Assembly: GCA_020137815.1 (NCBI GenBank)
Contig: CM035354.1
Span: forward strand, 4,836,001-4,900,000
Origin: Hormiphora californensis
Lineage: Eukaryota > Animalia > Ctenophora
Direction: 5' to 3'
DNA length: 64,000 nt
Shown piece after piece: positions 53,474 to 64,000 of the stretch (the first letter of the stretch is position 1; each line of letters begins with the position of its first letter). The position numbers were made by a program, and so were the translations under genes. Below the pieces are notes generated by a model. That model searched no databases. It saw only the letters and a list, made by a program, of their open reading frames with translations, and was not told the origin of the DNA.

Positions 53474-54867
53474 TCACGAACTGACAACTGCAGCTGCTCC
53501 ATTGTCAATTGAGTTCGCACTGTCTTTCTTGTCATTCTCACTAGTTTTCTCAGCATTACTAATTCCCTCCGTCACCCCTTTCTCAACACCACCCTCAGTC
53601 ACCCCTTTCACAGGAGCACTATCTCCCTCAATCAACCCCTTCTCAACTGAATTCACTCCCTCACTCTCTCCCTCGGCTGGTTTCTCGCTGGGTGTCTGCA
53701 AGATGGTAGGGATGACATTGCCAGTATAAAACTTGTGGTTCTTCAGTGTTTGTAGCCAAATAAACATGGACGATTCACGTTTCTCCTTGGTGAAAATGTT
53801 ACTATAAATAACTCGCTTCTTAAACTCGTTCACCTTTTCTTCATACGGTTCCCAAACTATTGGTTTGTGGAATCCGTTGTCTCCAAACTTGATGTTATAC
53901 CGGTCCACCCTGACCTCACCCAACACTAGACCCAACCCCGGTGCGAGGGGTAAATCCAACCTCTCCTCCGTCCAGGATCTCTCGAAATATCCCTCAGGGG
54001 TGATGTTCCGGAGTACCGCAATGGTCATACCAACTGTTTTACGAATCTGATGATAAATGAAACTGTCTCCATGAAGAGTTATTGATACCCACTCTAAATC
54101 ATTACTGATAAAGGGGTCCGATACGGTGATAGACCGAAGATACCTCATACAACTCGGATCTTTAAACTTCCTTCCACAGCTGTAAGTTGAAAAAGTTCTT
54201 TGTACCAATAAATTTCTGGAAGAAATCACGAGCTCGTTCCAGGACCTCCTTGGGCATCCTATATCCGCTCCATGTATCACCAAAAGTAGGAGCCATAGCA
54301 AAAGTAGGACACAAGTACTCATAAACCCTGCTTGATGCAAACTTGTGGCTATCAAAGTGTTTTGTGGCCCTGATAAAGTCGTACACAACAATATCGTCAG
54401 GAAGTGCTTCATTTATAGCTGCTAATCCCAGCCTCTACTTGGTCCTCTGCTAGATTCAGGTTACAGGATACGATCTGCCGGGCTGCTGATACACCCTTAT
54501 CGGTCCGGGAGGCCCGCTGGAAATACATTTTACGAAGCTCCTTAGAATTCTCCGGACGGACCAGTTTGGCAGCTGAGAGAGCTTTTATCAGCTCCTCCTC
54601 AACAGTTTTAATTCCCGGCTGGTCAGCTTGATAGGCCATTCCTCGGTAGGCCTCACCACAGAATCCCATCAGAACGGCATACTTCTTCTTAGAGGGCCAG
54701 ACGTACTCTGAAGAGGTGTCATTTGGAGTTTCCTCTGTTTTGGTCCGCTTGTTTGAGAGGGTGGTGTCATCTGGTGGTGGCGTTGGGGATCGTTTTAGAT
54801 CTGATGAAGGAGTGTGTGATTCCATAGTTACTTGTGGAGTTGTGTTTTCATCTTCGGTTTGGAGCAT
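53474..54867 (-). CDS. PUS1: tRNA pseudouridine synthase (TruA family, PUS1-like), intronless; two apparent frameshifts (~54420, ~54185)
   Basis: GFCGEAYRGM, RASRTDKGVSA (catalytic Asp), RVYEYLCPTFA, GTKNFFN, GDSFIYHQIRK and PLAPGLGLVL are spread over three consecutive ORFs. Confidence 0.9.
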
Positions 54868-55112
54868 ATCTAAAACAAGGGGGAAACAAGTGTCATCATA
54901 CAGGTAGTAGTGAGTCTCGAGAGCTAGAGAGAGGAGTAAAACAGTGAGTTCAAGTTTAGAAAGAAAAAGAAATCGATAAATATTATATAGCATACCGCAC
55001 AGAAGTAGATTCAGTATAAAAACACACAGCACAATCTCTCTCAGTCAGCTCGTTGGATATTTACAAGCAATTTTAAAGGGGGGGGGGTGATACTCAAAAA
55101 ATATCATTTGAT

Positions 55113-56213
55113 TCAAATGAAACGTCTCCCCCGCCCGTTGGTGGGAGGGTTGTAGTCTGATTGGTACCCATTGTAAAGAGGTGGTGGAGCTCCCCCCATT
55201 GGGGCTGGCGGCCTGCAGGGAGAGGATGTTAGAATTGGCGGGGGGGGGGGGGGGGGGTCAGAGGAGGAGTGCTAGGAACCAGTGCAGTAATAGGTAGTAA
55301 TGTGAGTTTTGCTATTATTATTTCACTAAAACACTGTTCGAACAGTTTCACTACAGCCACTAACCGTGATCCCTGGTAATTTCCTCCAGGGTGACTTCTC
55401 TGAGGTGGTACACCCCCATAGTAGTTATACATGTCGTACATGGGATAGGAGGGATACACTAGGGATTTGTTTAGAGAACTATCCGGATCTTTAACTATAA
55501 TCTCAAGAAGATCCTTCATGGCCCCAGACACCTGTTCTGGATCTTTGCCAGATATAGTAGCGATCCTTTCTCCAGGAACCGCTCCCCAGTCTTCCTTACC
55601 GGTCAGGCGAACTTGTACATTGTGCTCCTGGTGAGGATAATGATTAATGGAGTTTTAGGATACATATTGTGCACATACTTACAGTACAAAACGTGTTATT
55701 ATGATAGATTTCTTACCGTTTGGATTCGTTTCACAACATCCCCTTTCTTTCCAATTACTCTCCCAGCAGTCGAATCAGCTATCACAATCTTCATTTCTTT
55801 TGCTCTCGGGTTGAAGTTACTCCTTGGCTTGTTGCGAGTATTCCCACTCTCTTCCCTACCCATATTTCTCACTCTGAAACAAACTTGTAGCTCAAAAGAT
55901 GATAAAAGTTAGTTAACATTAAACCTTTCTTTGTAATAGAAGTTTAGCAAATACAAAACACGTACTTCTCCTGAACAATGTCGAGTACTTGCAGGGTGGC
56001 ATCTGCAGTTCCCACTACGAGGACAATCCTCTCTTCAGCAAAGGGAAACAGTTCCTCTCTACCAGATACTCTTATCGTGGCGGTACATTTCTTTTTGATA
56101 TCTTTAATCCCCTCGCCACCCTTTCCAATTATGTTTCCTGCTACAGGGACTGGTACGAGCACTTTAACCGTAACTTCCTTTTTGGATTTTTCGGTTGCCG
56201 TCTCATCAGCCAT
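55113..56213 (-). CDS. Nova/Pasilla-like KH-domain RNA-binding protein with two KH domains
   Basis: KH1 VKVLVPVPVAGNIIGKGGEGIK...EERIVLVVG; KH2 MKIVIADSTAGRVIGKKGDVVK...PGERIATISG...IVKDP. Exons ~56213-55965, ~55873-55717, ~55628-55365, 55212-55113. Confidence 0.8.
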
Positions 56214-56261
56214 AACCTAAGGTGAAGTTGACTCGAAAAATAGTCGACAGCCAACCCGTTC

Positions 56262-56660
56262 TATTATTATTATTATTATTATTATCTCTTCGTTGGTGCA
56301 TTTGGAGTGGGTGATGGGGAACCCATGGCTGAGTTGTAATGTTTGTTGTAGTTGTGGGGTCTGCGGGCAATCAGTGTCATCCTCTCTCTAGTCATGTTAT
56401 TAAATCACTATCTGGTATCCTTTTTTGAGCAGGTGTGAGTATAGCTTGTTTAAAATTATATCTACAGGTTTATGGGACCAGTTATTCCCCCAGTTTGATA
56501 AGTCCAGTTAATTTGGTTTTCCATATATTGTCTTTTTCAACCAGAATTGTTCGTGTGCGATATTTTTACTCTAGGATATACCGCTCTGATGACTCGTCTG
56601 AACATCGCCAATATTTTGACATGTTTCCGTCGGGTATGGGCGGTATATAAGCGCGGAATA
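56262..56660 (-). mobile_element. Probable retroelement 3' fragment ending in a (TAA)n tail
   Basis: (tta)n at 56262-56284, and the segment is bounded by a second (tta)n at 56661. No clear protein motif. Confidence 0.35.
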
Positions 56661-57378
56661 TTATTATTATTATTATTATTATTAAATCTATATTGTATAC
56701 ATTGGCAAAATCAACATACACACACTCCTTTTTGTGAGCAAAATAGGATTATCATATAGATTCTCGATAATATAGATGAGTAGATTAGCACTATGTACTA
56801 GACTGTGGGGGGAGTCAGGTGACTGGATTACTGACTCCTTGTGGCAGCCCATTGTCTATCTCAGGGGGTATGGTAGTCCCGCGGGGGACTAGGGAGGGGG
56901 CAGGGGAGGGTATCTCTCGGGGAAAGACTAGGGAGTGGTCCCACAGCCGCGGTCCTGGGGCCTGATGGACCAATACGGGTGCGGTCAACCTGCAATAAAT
57001 CGGCATTGCCCAAACAGAGGGAATCCAGCCCTATGACCTTATACCACAACACTCAAGTCTATTTAACAGAACTTGGAGTGCCAACATTGCTAATACGCCA
57101 GGGCTCCTGTTGCCATCCTTAAACAGGCACCGGCAGGTCCAAATCAATTGGCCGGGTGTTCCAAAAAACACGTATAACACATATGTAGCTTATACACCAT
57201 TGCTTACACGCCAGGGCTCCTGTTGCCACCCTAAAACAGGCACCGGCGGGTCCAAATCAATTGGCCGGGTGTTCCCTTCCTAAAAACCGAGTAGGGGCAT
57301 GGTGCCCCTGGGGAACCCCTGCCCAATTTTCAAATAGCGGCACAGGATAAGTATATCTGAATTGCACTGGAACCAACA

Positions 57379-57449
57379 GCTCCGTGGCCGAATGGCCACA
57401 AGTTGGGCTAAGAAACACAAGATCCCAGGTTCAAATCCCGGTCAAGAGA
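57379..57449 (+). promoter_or_regulatory. tRNA-derived Pol III internal promoter (A and B boxes)
   Basis: A box TGGCCGAATGG (57385) and B box GGTTCAAATCC (57428) with tRNA-like spacing. The stems are degenerate, so it is not a functional tRNA. Confidence 0.65.
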
Positions 57450-57863
57450 TTTATAATATTAGACATCTTTTTTTTTCACTTTTGCTTGATATTGAAGCAT
57501 TTAAGTTTCCGATTATACCGGCGATTTAACACGATAAATACCGAATACTAGACAGGGAGACTAGGTGAACCTACCCTTACCATCGTACCTGAACCAAAAG
57601 AAGAACCCTACACCGAACAAAGTCAAGATCTAACTAAACTAACTACTTAATTTGACCACGAAATCCGGGTTTTTAGGTGAGCCAAAGCCGACCTCCAAAA
57701 GAAAATCGATTCATTACAAGTAGCGTGACGCGTCCATATGTGAGGACCCGGCGCTATCGTTCGGCAAAAACCAATTCTGGGAAAACCCCAGTACCGTAAG
57801 ACATACACTCTTTGGATTTCCAGATGATCAAAGAAAATAGTAAATACCTATGACAATAAACAA

Positions 57864-59390
57864 AACCTAAAAACGGGGCACCGCTGTATTACACGGTAAC
57901 CCCAAAAACGGGGCACCACGGCAACCTAAAATCGGGGCGCCACTGCACTATTATACGGCAACCCCAAAAACGGGGTACCACTGCATTATACGGCAACCCA
58001 AAAACGGGGCGCCACTGCACTATACGGCAACCCCAAAAACGGGGCACCACTGTCTCACGCGGCAACCCCAAAAACGGGGCACCACTGCATTATACGGCAA
58101 CCCAAAAACGGGGCGCTACTGCACTATACGGCAACCCCAAAAACGGAGCACCACTACATTATACGACAACCCAAAAACGGGGCACCACTGCATTATACGG
58201 CAACTCTAAAAACGGGGCACCACTGTCTCACGCGGCAACCCCAAAAACGGGGCACCACTGTCTCACGCGGCAACCCCAAAAACGGGGCACTACTGCATTA
58301 TACGGCAACCCAAAAAACGGGGCACCACCGCATTAAACAGCTACTCTAAAAACGGGGCACCACTGTCTCACGTGGCAACCTCAAAAAAGGGGCACCACTG
58401 CATTATACAACAACCCCAAAAACGGGGCACCACTGCATTATACGGCAACTCTAAAAACGGGGCACCACTGTCTCACGTGGCAACCTAAAAAAAAAAAAAA
58501 AGGGGCACCACTGCATTATACAACAAACCCAAAAACGGGGCACAACTGCATTATACGGCAACCCACTGCACTATACGGCAACCCCAAAAACGGGGCACCA
58601 CTGCATTATACGGCAACCCAAAAACGGGGCGCTACTGCACTATACGGCAACCCCAAAAACGGAGCACCACTACATTATACGACAACCCAAAAACGGGGCA
58701 CCACTGCATTATACGGCAACTCTAAAAACGGGGCACCACTGTCTCACGCGGCAACCCCAAAAACGGGGCACCACTGTCTCACGCGGCAACCCCAAAAACG
58801 GGGCACCACTGCATTATACGGCAACCCAAAAAACGGGGCACCACTGCATTAAACGGCTACTCTAAAAACGGGGCACCACTGTCTCACGTGGCAACCTCAA
58901 AAAAGGGGCACCACTGCATTATACAACAACCCCAAAAACGGGGCACCACTGCATTATACGGCAACTCTAAAAACGGGGCACCACTGTCTCACGTGGCAAC
59001 CTCAAAAAAGGGGCACCACTGCATTATACAACAAACCCAAAAACGGGGCACAACTGCATTATACGGCAACCCAAAAACGGGGCGCCACTGCACTATACGG
59101 CAACCCCAAAAACGGGGCACCACTGCATTATACGGCAACCCAAAAACGGGGCGCCACTGCACTATACGGCAACCCCAAAACGGGGCACCACTGCACTATA
59201 CGACAACCCAAAAACGGGGCACCACTGCATTAAACGGCAACTCTAAAAATGGGGCACCACTGTCTCACGCGGCAACCTCAAAAAAGGGGCACCACTGCAT
59301 TATACAACAACCCCAAAAACGGAGCACCACTGTCTCACACGGCAACACAATAACATGGCACCACTGCAATATATGTAACGGCAACCCCAG
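57864..59390. repeat. ~33-35-bp tandem array (about 45 units) with a ~516-bp higher-order duplication
   Basis: Unit aaaacggggcaccactgcattatacggcaacccc and variants. The variant order at ~58070-58560 recurs at ~58586-59070. Confidence 0.95.
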
Positions 59391-60486
59391 CAAAACTGAT
59401 TACGAAGTCTGGATTACTCCGATGAGTCACTAAAGGCTACCTCCCCCCTCCCTAAAAAAATCGATCCGTCACAGATAGCCTCAACAACAGCCAAGTCGCA
59501 AAGCCCTGAGCATAACAGGTCGGATCTGAAACCAAACGGTATGCAACAGTACTGGAAACGGTAATCACAACTGCAAAGTCGCCAGCCACTAGAGATATGG
59601 TATTGGTACCCCTATTCTAGATGGAACCCAATAACAAACAGTGCCACATGGGCCGACTCCTCTTCAAATGCAAATGCATGCGAACGACTCGGTGGACCGA
59701 CCCCTCCCGCTATACCCAAACCATAAGGTATTAGCCATAACAAGGCAATGCGGGAGTGAAAAAAATAGTGAGACGCTCTAGTTATGGAGACGTCGCTATC
59801 GTTCGGCAACTACCTACACCTGGGACAACCCAGGAACGTAAGACTGACACGCTTGTGTTAGTGCATCCGCTGTCGTAGGTAGGATTTATGCAAGAACTTA
59901 TTAAGTAGGATCGTCTGTCGGTCTGCATCTCTAAGGTCATCGCTGTCGGAGGGGACAACGGGGTAACCCGTTTGAACACTGAAGGCGGCTTTGACCTGGG
60001 GGTGTGGGTCGGCGCTCGGGTTGTCGGTGTGTGGGCGCCAAGGGGAGATCCTACGGAAATAAGGGCTAGCTGATCCCCAACGTCAGCAGTGTGGATGGAA
60101 GTACGGAGGTACATATACACACACACACACACTATGTACTAGAACTATATAGATAGCCTTATAAAATATAAAACGTATAAAACGTATAAAATAGTGATTA
60201 AAGTTAATTAATTAAATTAAATTGAGATTAAAGTGATAAGATAAGAATAAATTAAAGTGTGATTAAAGTGATAAGAGAAGAATAAGTTAAAGAGTAAAAA
60301 TATTAACGCTTAAAAAAATAAATACTGAAGGAATGGGGGTGAAGCTAAGTCAAACGATGAGTGAGGAGTAAGGGTGAGAGATAGGATGATAAAACAGAGT
60401 GAGTGAGCTAATGCTAAACAAATGTGAGACTAGGTACAGCTAGAAAAATTACATATCTAAAAAATAGAGAATTAAAGACTAGTAAG

Positions 60487-62306
60487 CTAGTGGTTTAAAA
60501 ACTCTTCCCCAAATTCAAGGTTGGCGGATACCTCATTAACTAGATTTCGAAACTTCTGTTTAAGATTCCTATCTCTAGAGAATATGAGTGGAATGTGAAA
60601 GTTGGCAGTACAATCAGATAGAGGCTGACACTGTCCCCTTAGAGCCGAAACAGCTCCTGCCGAAGTACACTGGAACAGCTTGTGGAAAGTTGAGTCCAGT
60701 TCAACACCACACTCCAAACAGAAGGGTTCCTCAATCACCTGGGAGCGGTTTTCAACTGAGAATGCGAAATTCTGAAACCGTAGATTATGCCCGTGAGTAA
60801 AATCAAGGAGTCTGGTAGAGGTTTCCCTGTCCATGGATCTCGTAACTAGTGGACATGCAGTAAGAGCACCCGTGTCAACCATTTCTTTGAAGTCGTCCAG
60901 TGAACCCTCCCCATTGTTTCCTTTTACAAGGTCTCCAATAGATGTTACCACAAAACTGTCCCACAAGTGCCACTGGTACAGATCCATGTCTTCTTTGGAA
61001 TAGTGGAGTTTATCTGGATCATACGACAGGAGTTCACATCCTCTCCGAAAGGATCTTCCCTCGGTTAGTTGTCTTCCCGAGTTGATATCGGCCTGTCTTT
61101 CAGCCCATTCAAGATACTTCTTAACTGTTGCAATCTGGCTGTAGAAGACATGTCGAGGTTCCGATTCTATCTGAAACAATTTGGCAGTCATGGTGTCCCT
61201 CGCCGTTAGACCCTTTAGGATGAACTTTGTAGTTAACACTTCCAGAGTGATGCTCAGTGGTGGGATAGTCGTCAGAAGATCCGAAAGCACACCTGAGATA
61301 TAGAACTGGCTTCCCAAGATCTTTAGCTTGGCTTTTGTCATCAAATTCTTGAAATCCGCTAATCTCTCTTTTAACCATAGAGGTGCAGCATATAGAAGCT
61401 TGGTGAGCACCACTGTCTTGAACAAAATAGATAGTGCGGAGCTGTTCATACCAGCAGTTCTAGATGTAGAGCCAGAAAGGATTCCCCAGGAGTACCAACA
61501 TTTCTGCAAGATGAAAGTGGAATGTTTCTTGAAGCTTAGCTCCGAGTCTAGATACACTCCGAGCACTTTACTCGAGTCAGTGTAGTTGATTATTTTGGAT
61601 CCTAGGGTCATTATAGGAAGGGGAGCTGGATCCCATCTCTTGGGGAATACAACCAGAATTTCTGTTTTGTTCTTGTCACAGTTAACAATCAACCTCCATT
61701 TATTGCACCACGCCTCTAGATACTCAAGGATTGATAACATGGCGGACTCGCACTCTACCTGAGTTCCAGTAACCACAACCGTTCCATCGTCAGCAAATTT
61801 AAATGTCTCGGAGCACCCTCTTGCTCCGTTAGGTAGATTCCTAGTCGTGAGAAGGTCCGCAATGTACAGAATAAACAGTAGAGGCGACAACACTCCTCCT
61901 TGAGGTAGGCCCACGAGAGTACAAGCTCTCGCCCTGCCGATCTTCCCATTAATCTTCAGTTTAACCAACCTACTGGAGAGCATGCAATGCAATAATCGAA
62001 GGAGGTGACCTTTTACTCCAAACCCATGGAGCTTGTAGATAAGGCAATCAGTTGGTACCGTGTCGAAAGCTTTCTCAAAGTCCAGTAACAGTATGAAAGC
62101 AGTAGCTTTTCTACGACGGTTTTCATGTAGAGTAGAAAGAAGCCTATAAAGGTATCGGGTGGTGCTTCGGACTGGGAGGAAACCCTCCTGTTCATCGTCC
62201 AAGATATCCTCCATGTCGCAGAGCTCACGCATTCTTCGATCAATTATCCGCTCTAAGACCTTTCCGATGTAACTGGTGATTGATATTGGACGAAAAGAGC
62301 CGGGAT
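60487..62306 (-). CDS. Non-LTR retrotransposon ORF2 fragment: reverse transcriptase plus C-terminal CCHC zinc knuckle
   Basis: FRPISITS, QEGF, LDFEKAFDTV, GLPQGGVLSPLLF, FADD, LGVYLD and CLECGVELDSTFHKLFQC in about 600 uninterrupted codons. The endonuclease domain is absent. Confidence 0.92.
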
Positions 62307-62820
62307 TTAACCCGTTCGAGGGGCACATATTTCAGTTGGGATTGCTTAGCACCCTGCAGAAATTACATGTGGTTGGGGGACAGTATGAAATCGGTACTGC
62401 GAATTGGTACGGTAGGAGACGAGGAGGATTAAGGTCTAAAAATGACTCAAAAGAGTGAAAATTGGGGAACCCGACGAAAAAAAGTCTCGAAAAGCGTGCG
62501 ATCTTCGAAAAAGTGTGCAAATTTTTGAAACAAATTTAAAAAATCGAGCGCGCGTCGAGTAAATGCAACGCAATTTATAAAACTTTCGCGCGTCACAAGT
62601 TAATGCATCGTGATTTTGCGCGTCGCTCTCAGCTCAGCTTCAGTTTGGATCCCAAAATTTCCAATTTTGAAACTCACTTTTTACTCCTTTACTCCGCGCT
62701 GTTTCTTTCCTTACAGAATGCAGTTTATCAGGGAACTCTGTTAACCACTATGAATGGATTTGCTACATAGTACATACCCTGGATGAGTTTGGTATTTCAA
62801 ATGAAAAAAATCGGGAATTT
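62307..62820. mobile_element. Possible piggyBac-like non-autonomous element end interrupting the LINE
   Basis: RT homology stops exactly at TTAA|CCCGTTCG (62307). No matching opposite end was found in the window. Confidence 0.4.
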
Positions 62821-62821
62821 A

Positions 62822-63159
62822 TGTCGAAAAAGCATCCCATCCCATCCCAACATATCCCACAAACACACAGAAGTCAGTCGCGACGAAGTACCACAACTCG
62901 TTTATCTGTAGAGCGACTCGACTATGGAACACACTACCCAGGGAAGTGAACTTAGCGGAAGACCTACCGTCGTTCAAGGTTCTACTAGGGGAATGGATTA
63001 AGAGATTTCCGGATCGCCTACCGGTAACCGGTTCTCGGATACCCAAAACAAATCAACAATTCATTCTTGGACTGGATACGGATCGCTTCCAGGGAGGGGA
63101 GGCTCTGTGAGGAACTGACACCTGTGTAGTTTGTACACGAAGAAGATTACAAGATTACA
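62822..63159 (+). mobile_element. 3' end of a CR1/Jockey-type LINE
   Basis: Translates as YHNSFICRATRLWNTLPREV...FKVLLGEWIKRFPD and ends in a short tandem tail aagattacaagattaca. Confidence 0.75.
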
Positions 63160-64000
63160 TCCAGGGCTCTTTTATCTCTACCTGCTGCGACATATCAGAG
63201 CTCTAAAGTCAGTTTGAAATTGAAAGGTCTCCGGGTGATACACACGTATGAGGTTGAAAGGTTACCGGACAAGGGCACGTGTTTTGTGGACCACCAGAAA
63301 TTAGAAAATCTACTGGAAGATTGCCTTGCTCGACCCTGTTTCCTGCGCCCCAGGAAGTTGCAATTATTAGTGGAGCCGGTGGTTTCTCCTCTGTGTCACC
63401 TGGAGTCTTCTGGGTACCTTTTGTTTGTACATATTTGTATAACTTGCAACCGCCCGCCCACTGGAGATTCAAGGCCCATTGACGATAAAGTGTTCCTTCC
63501 TAATTCCTTACTTACTTGAAATCAGGAAAAAATTTACACTATCCACTATCCAGTATCCCTGCTTTATATTTAAGAATATTGCCACTACACTCATTCTGGA
63601 ACATGCTGAATTCTAACTTCGGTACATTGATTTGACTAAGCTCGGTGATGCATATTGAAATCCGTTTAAAATTAAACATGATATAGCACGCGGTAGCGAA
63701 ACAGTACTATCCAGTATCCAGTATTTAAAACTGACACTCTCTAGCCAATGGTTGTATCTCGCTCGTCGGGAAACACTGGGAGCGAACGTAAGAAAGACTT
63801 GTTATGTCGAATAAAGTACTGCAATAGGCTACCCGATATCCCGTTTGACCCTAAATTCTTGGTCTACCCTTTTGATTCGAATCGTTTTGTTAAGGTAAGT
63901 TGATGTTAGTAGCTGTGAAAATGAATGTATTGCATAAAAAATGATGGTGAATTTATTGTTTGATTTATTACTCTTCACAATATTATTTCCCTCCTCAGTA

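Larger units (their letters stand above)
56803..60129 (+). mobile_element. Large non-coding, SINE-like composite retroelement with a 14-bp TSD and (CA)n tail
   Basis: cactatgtactaga is duplicated at 56789-56802 and 60130-60143. (CA)n lies at the right end. No credible ORF. Confidence 0.7.
56661..62306 (-). mobile_element. 5'-truncated LINE with a (TAA)n tail; its 3' UTR is interrupted by a 3.3-kb insert
   Basis: The RT ORF is followed by a 3' UTR from 60486 to 60130, which resumes at 56802 and runs to (TAA)n at 56661-56683. Confidence 0.7.

Noticed and set aside
52496-54867. PUS1 and RWDD1 as processed pseudogenes
   Set aside because: Motifs are fully conserved, there are no poly(A) tails or TSDs, and similar indels also affect intron-containing neighbours.
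56803-57000. HDV-like ribozyme at the 5' end of the insert
   Set aside because: P1-like pairing exists, but I could not find the nested P2/P3/L3 arrangement or the catalytic C context by eye.
57379-57449. Functional tRNA gene
   Set aside because: A and B boxes are present, but the acceptor and anticodon stems do not pair properly.
57864-59433. CRISPR array next to a reverse transcriptase; 181-aa ORF at 58888
   Set aside because: Units are contiguous with no unique spacers and there are no cas genes. The RT is a eukaryotic LINE type, and the ORF is a translation of the repeat.
63214-63519. ORF with a faint SAP-like motif (LKLKGL...VERL)
   Set aside because: The similarity is too weak, it has no ATG start, and it lies among TE fragments.

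Overview
This is eukaryotic (animal) genomic DNA, with spliceosomal GT-AG introns and many (GA)n microsatellites. The style (compact genes, intronless GPCRs nested in an intron, splice acceptors directly before start codons) suggests a non-bilaterian such as a ctenophore; that is an inference only. Host genes: MCTP (minus, about 4.1-17.8 kb); an unknown repeat-domain protein head-to-head with an LRR gene (28.4-31.9 kb); vasohibin (plus, 33.1-46.1 kb), whose 11-kb first intron holds two tandem intronless class-A GPCRs; and a tight minus-strand run of Nova-like KH, PUS1, RWDD1 and TCERG1 (46.3-56.2 kb). Mobile DNA includes a deleted FLYWCH-MULE, several long palindromic foldback elements, Helitron-like ends, a LINE ORF1 and a LINE RT. 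The most unusual object is a 3.3-kb non-coding insert (56803-60129) with a 14-bp target-site duplication, lying inside the LINE 3' UTR. It carries a tRNA-like promoter, two copies of a structured motif flanking a ~34-bp tandem array, and a (CA)n tail. A similar-looking element sits at 33.8-35.2 kb. Several conserved genes carry single-base frameshifts that are probably assembly errors. All calls come from motif recognition by eye; no searches were run, and exon coordinates marked ~ are approximate.
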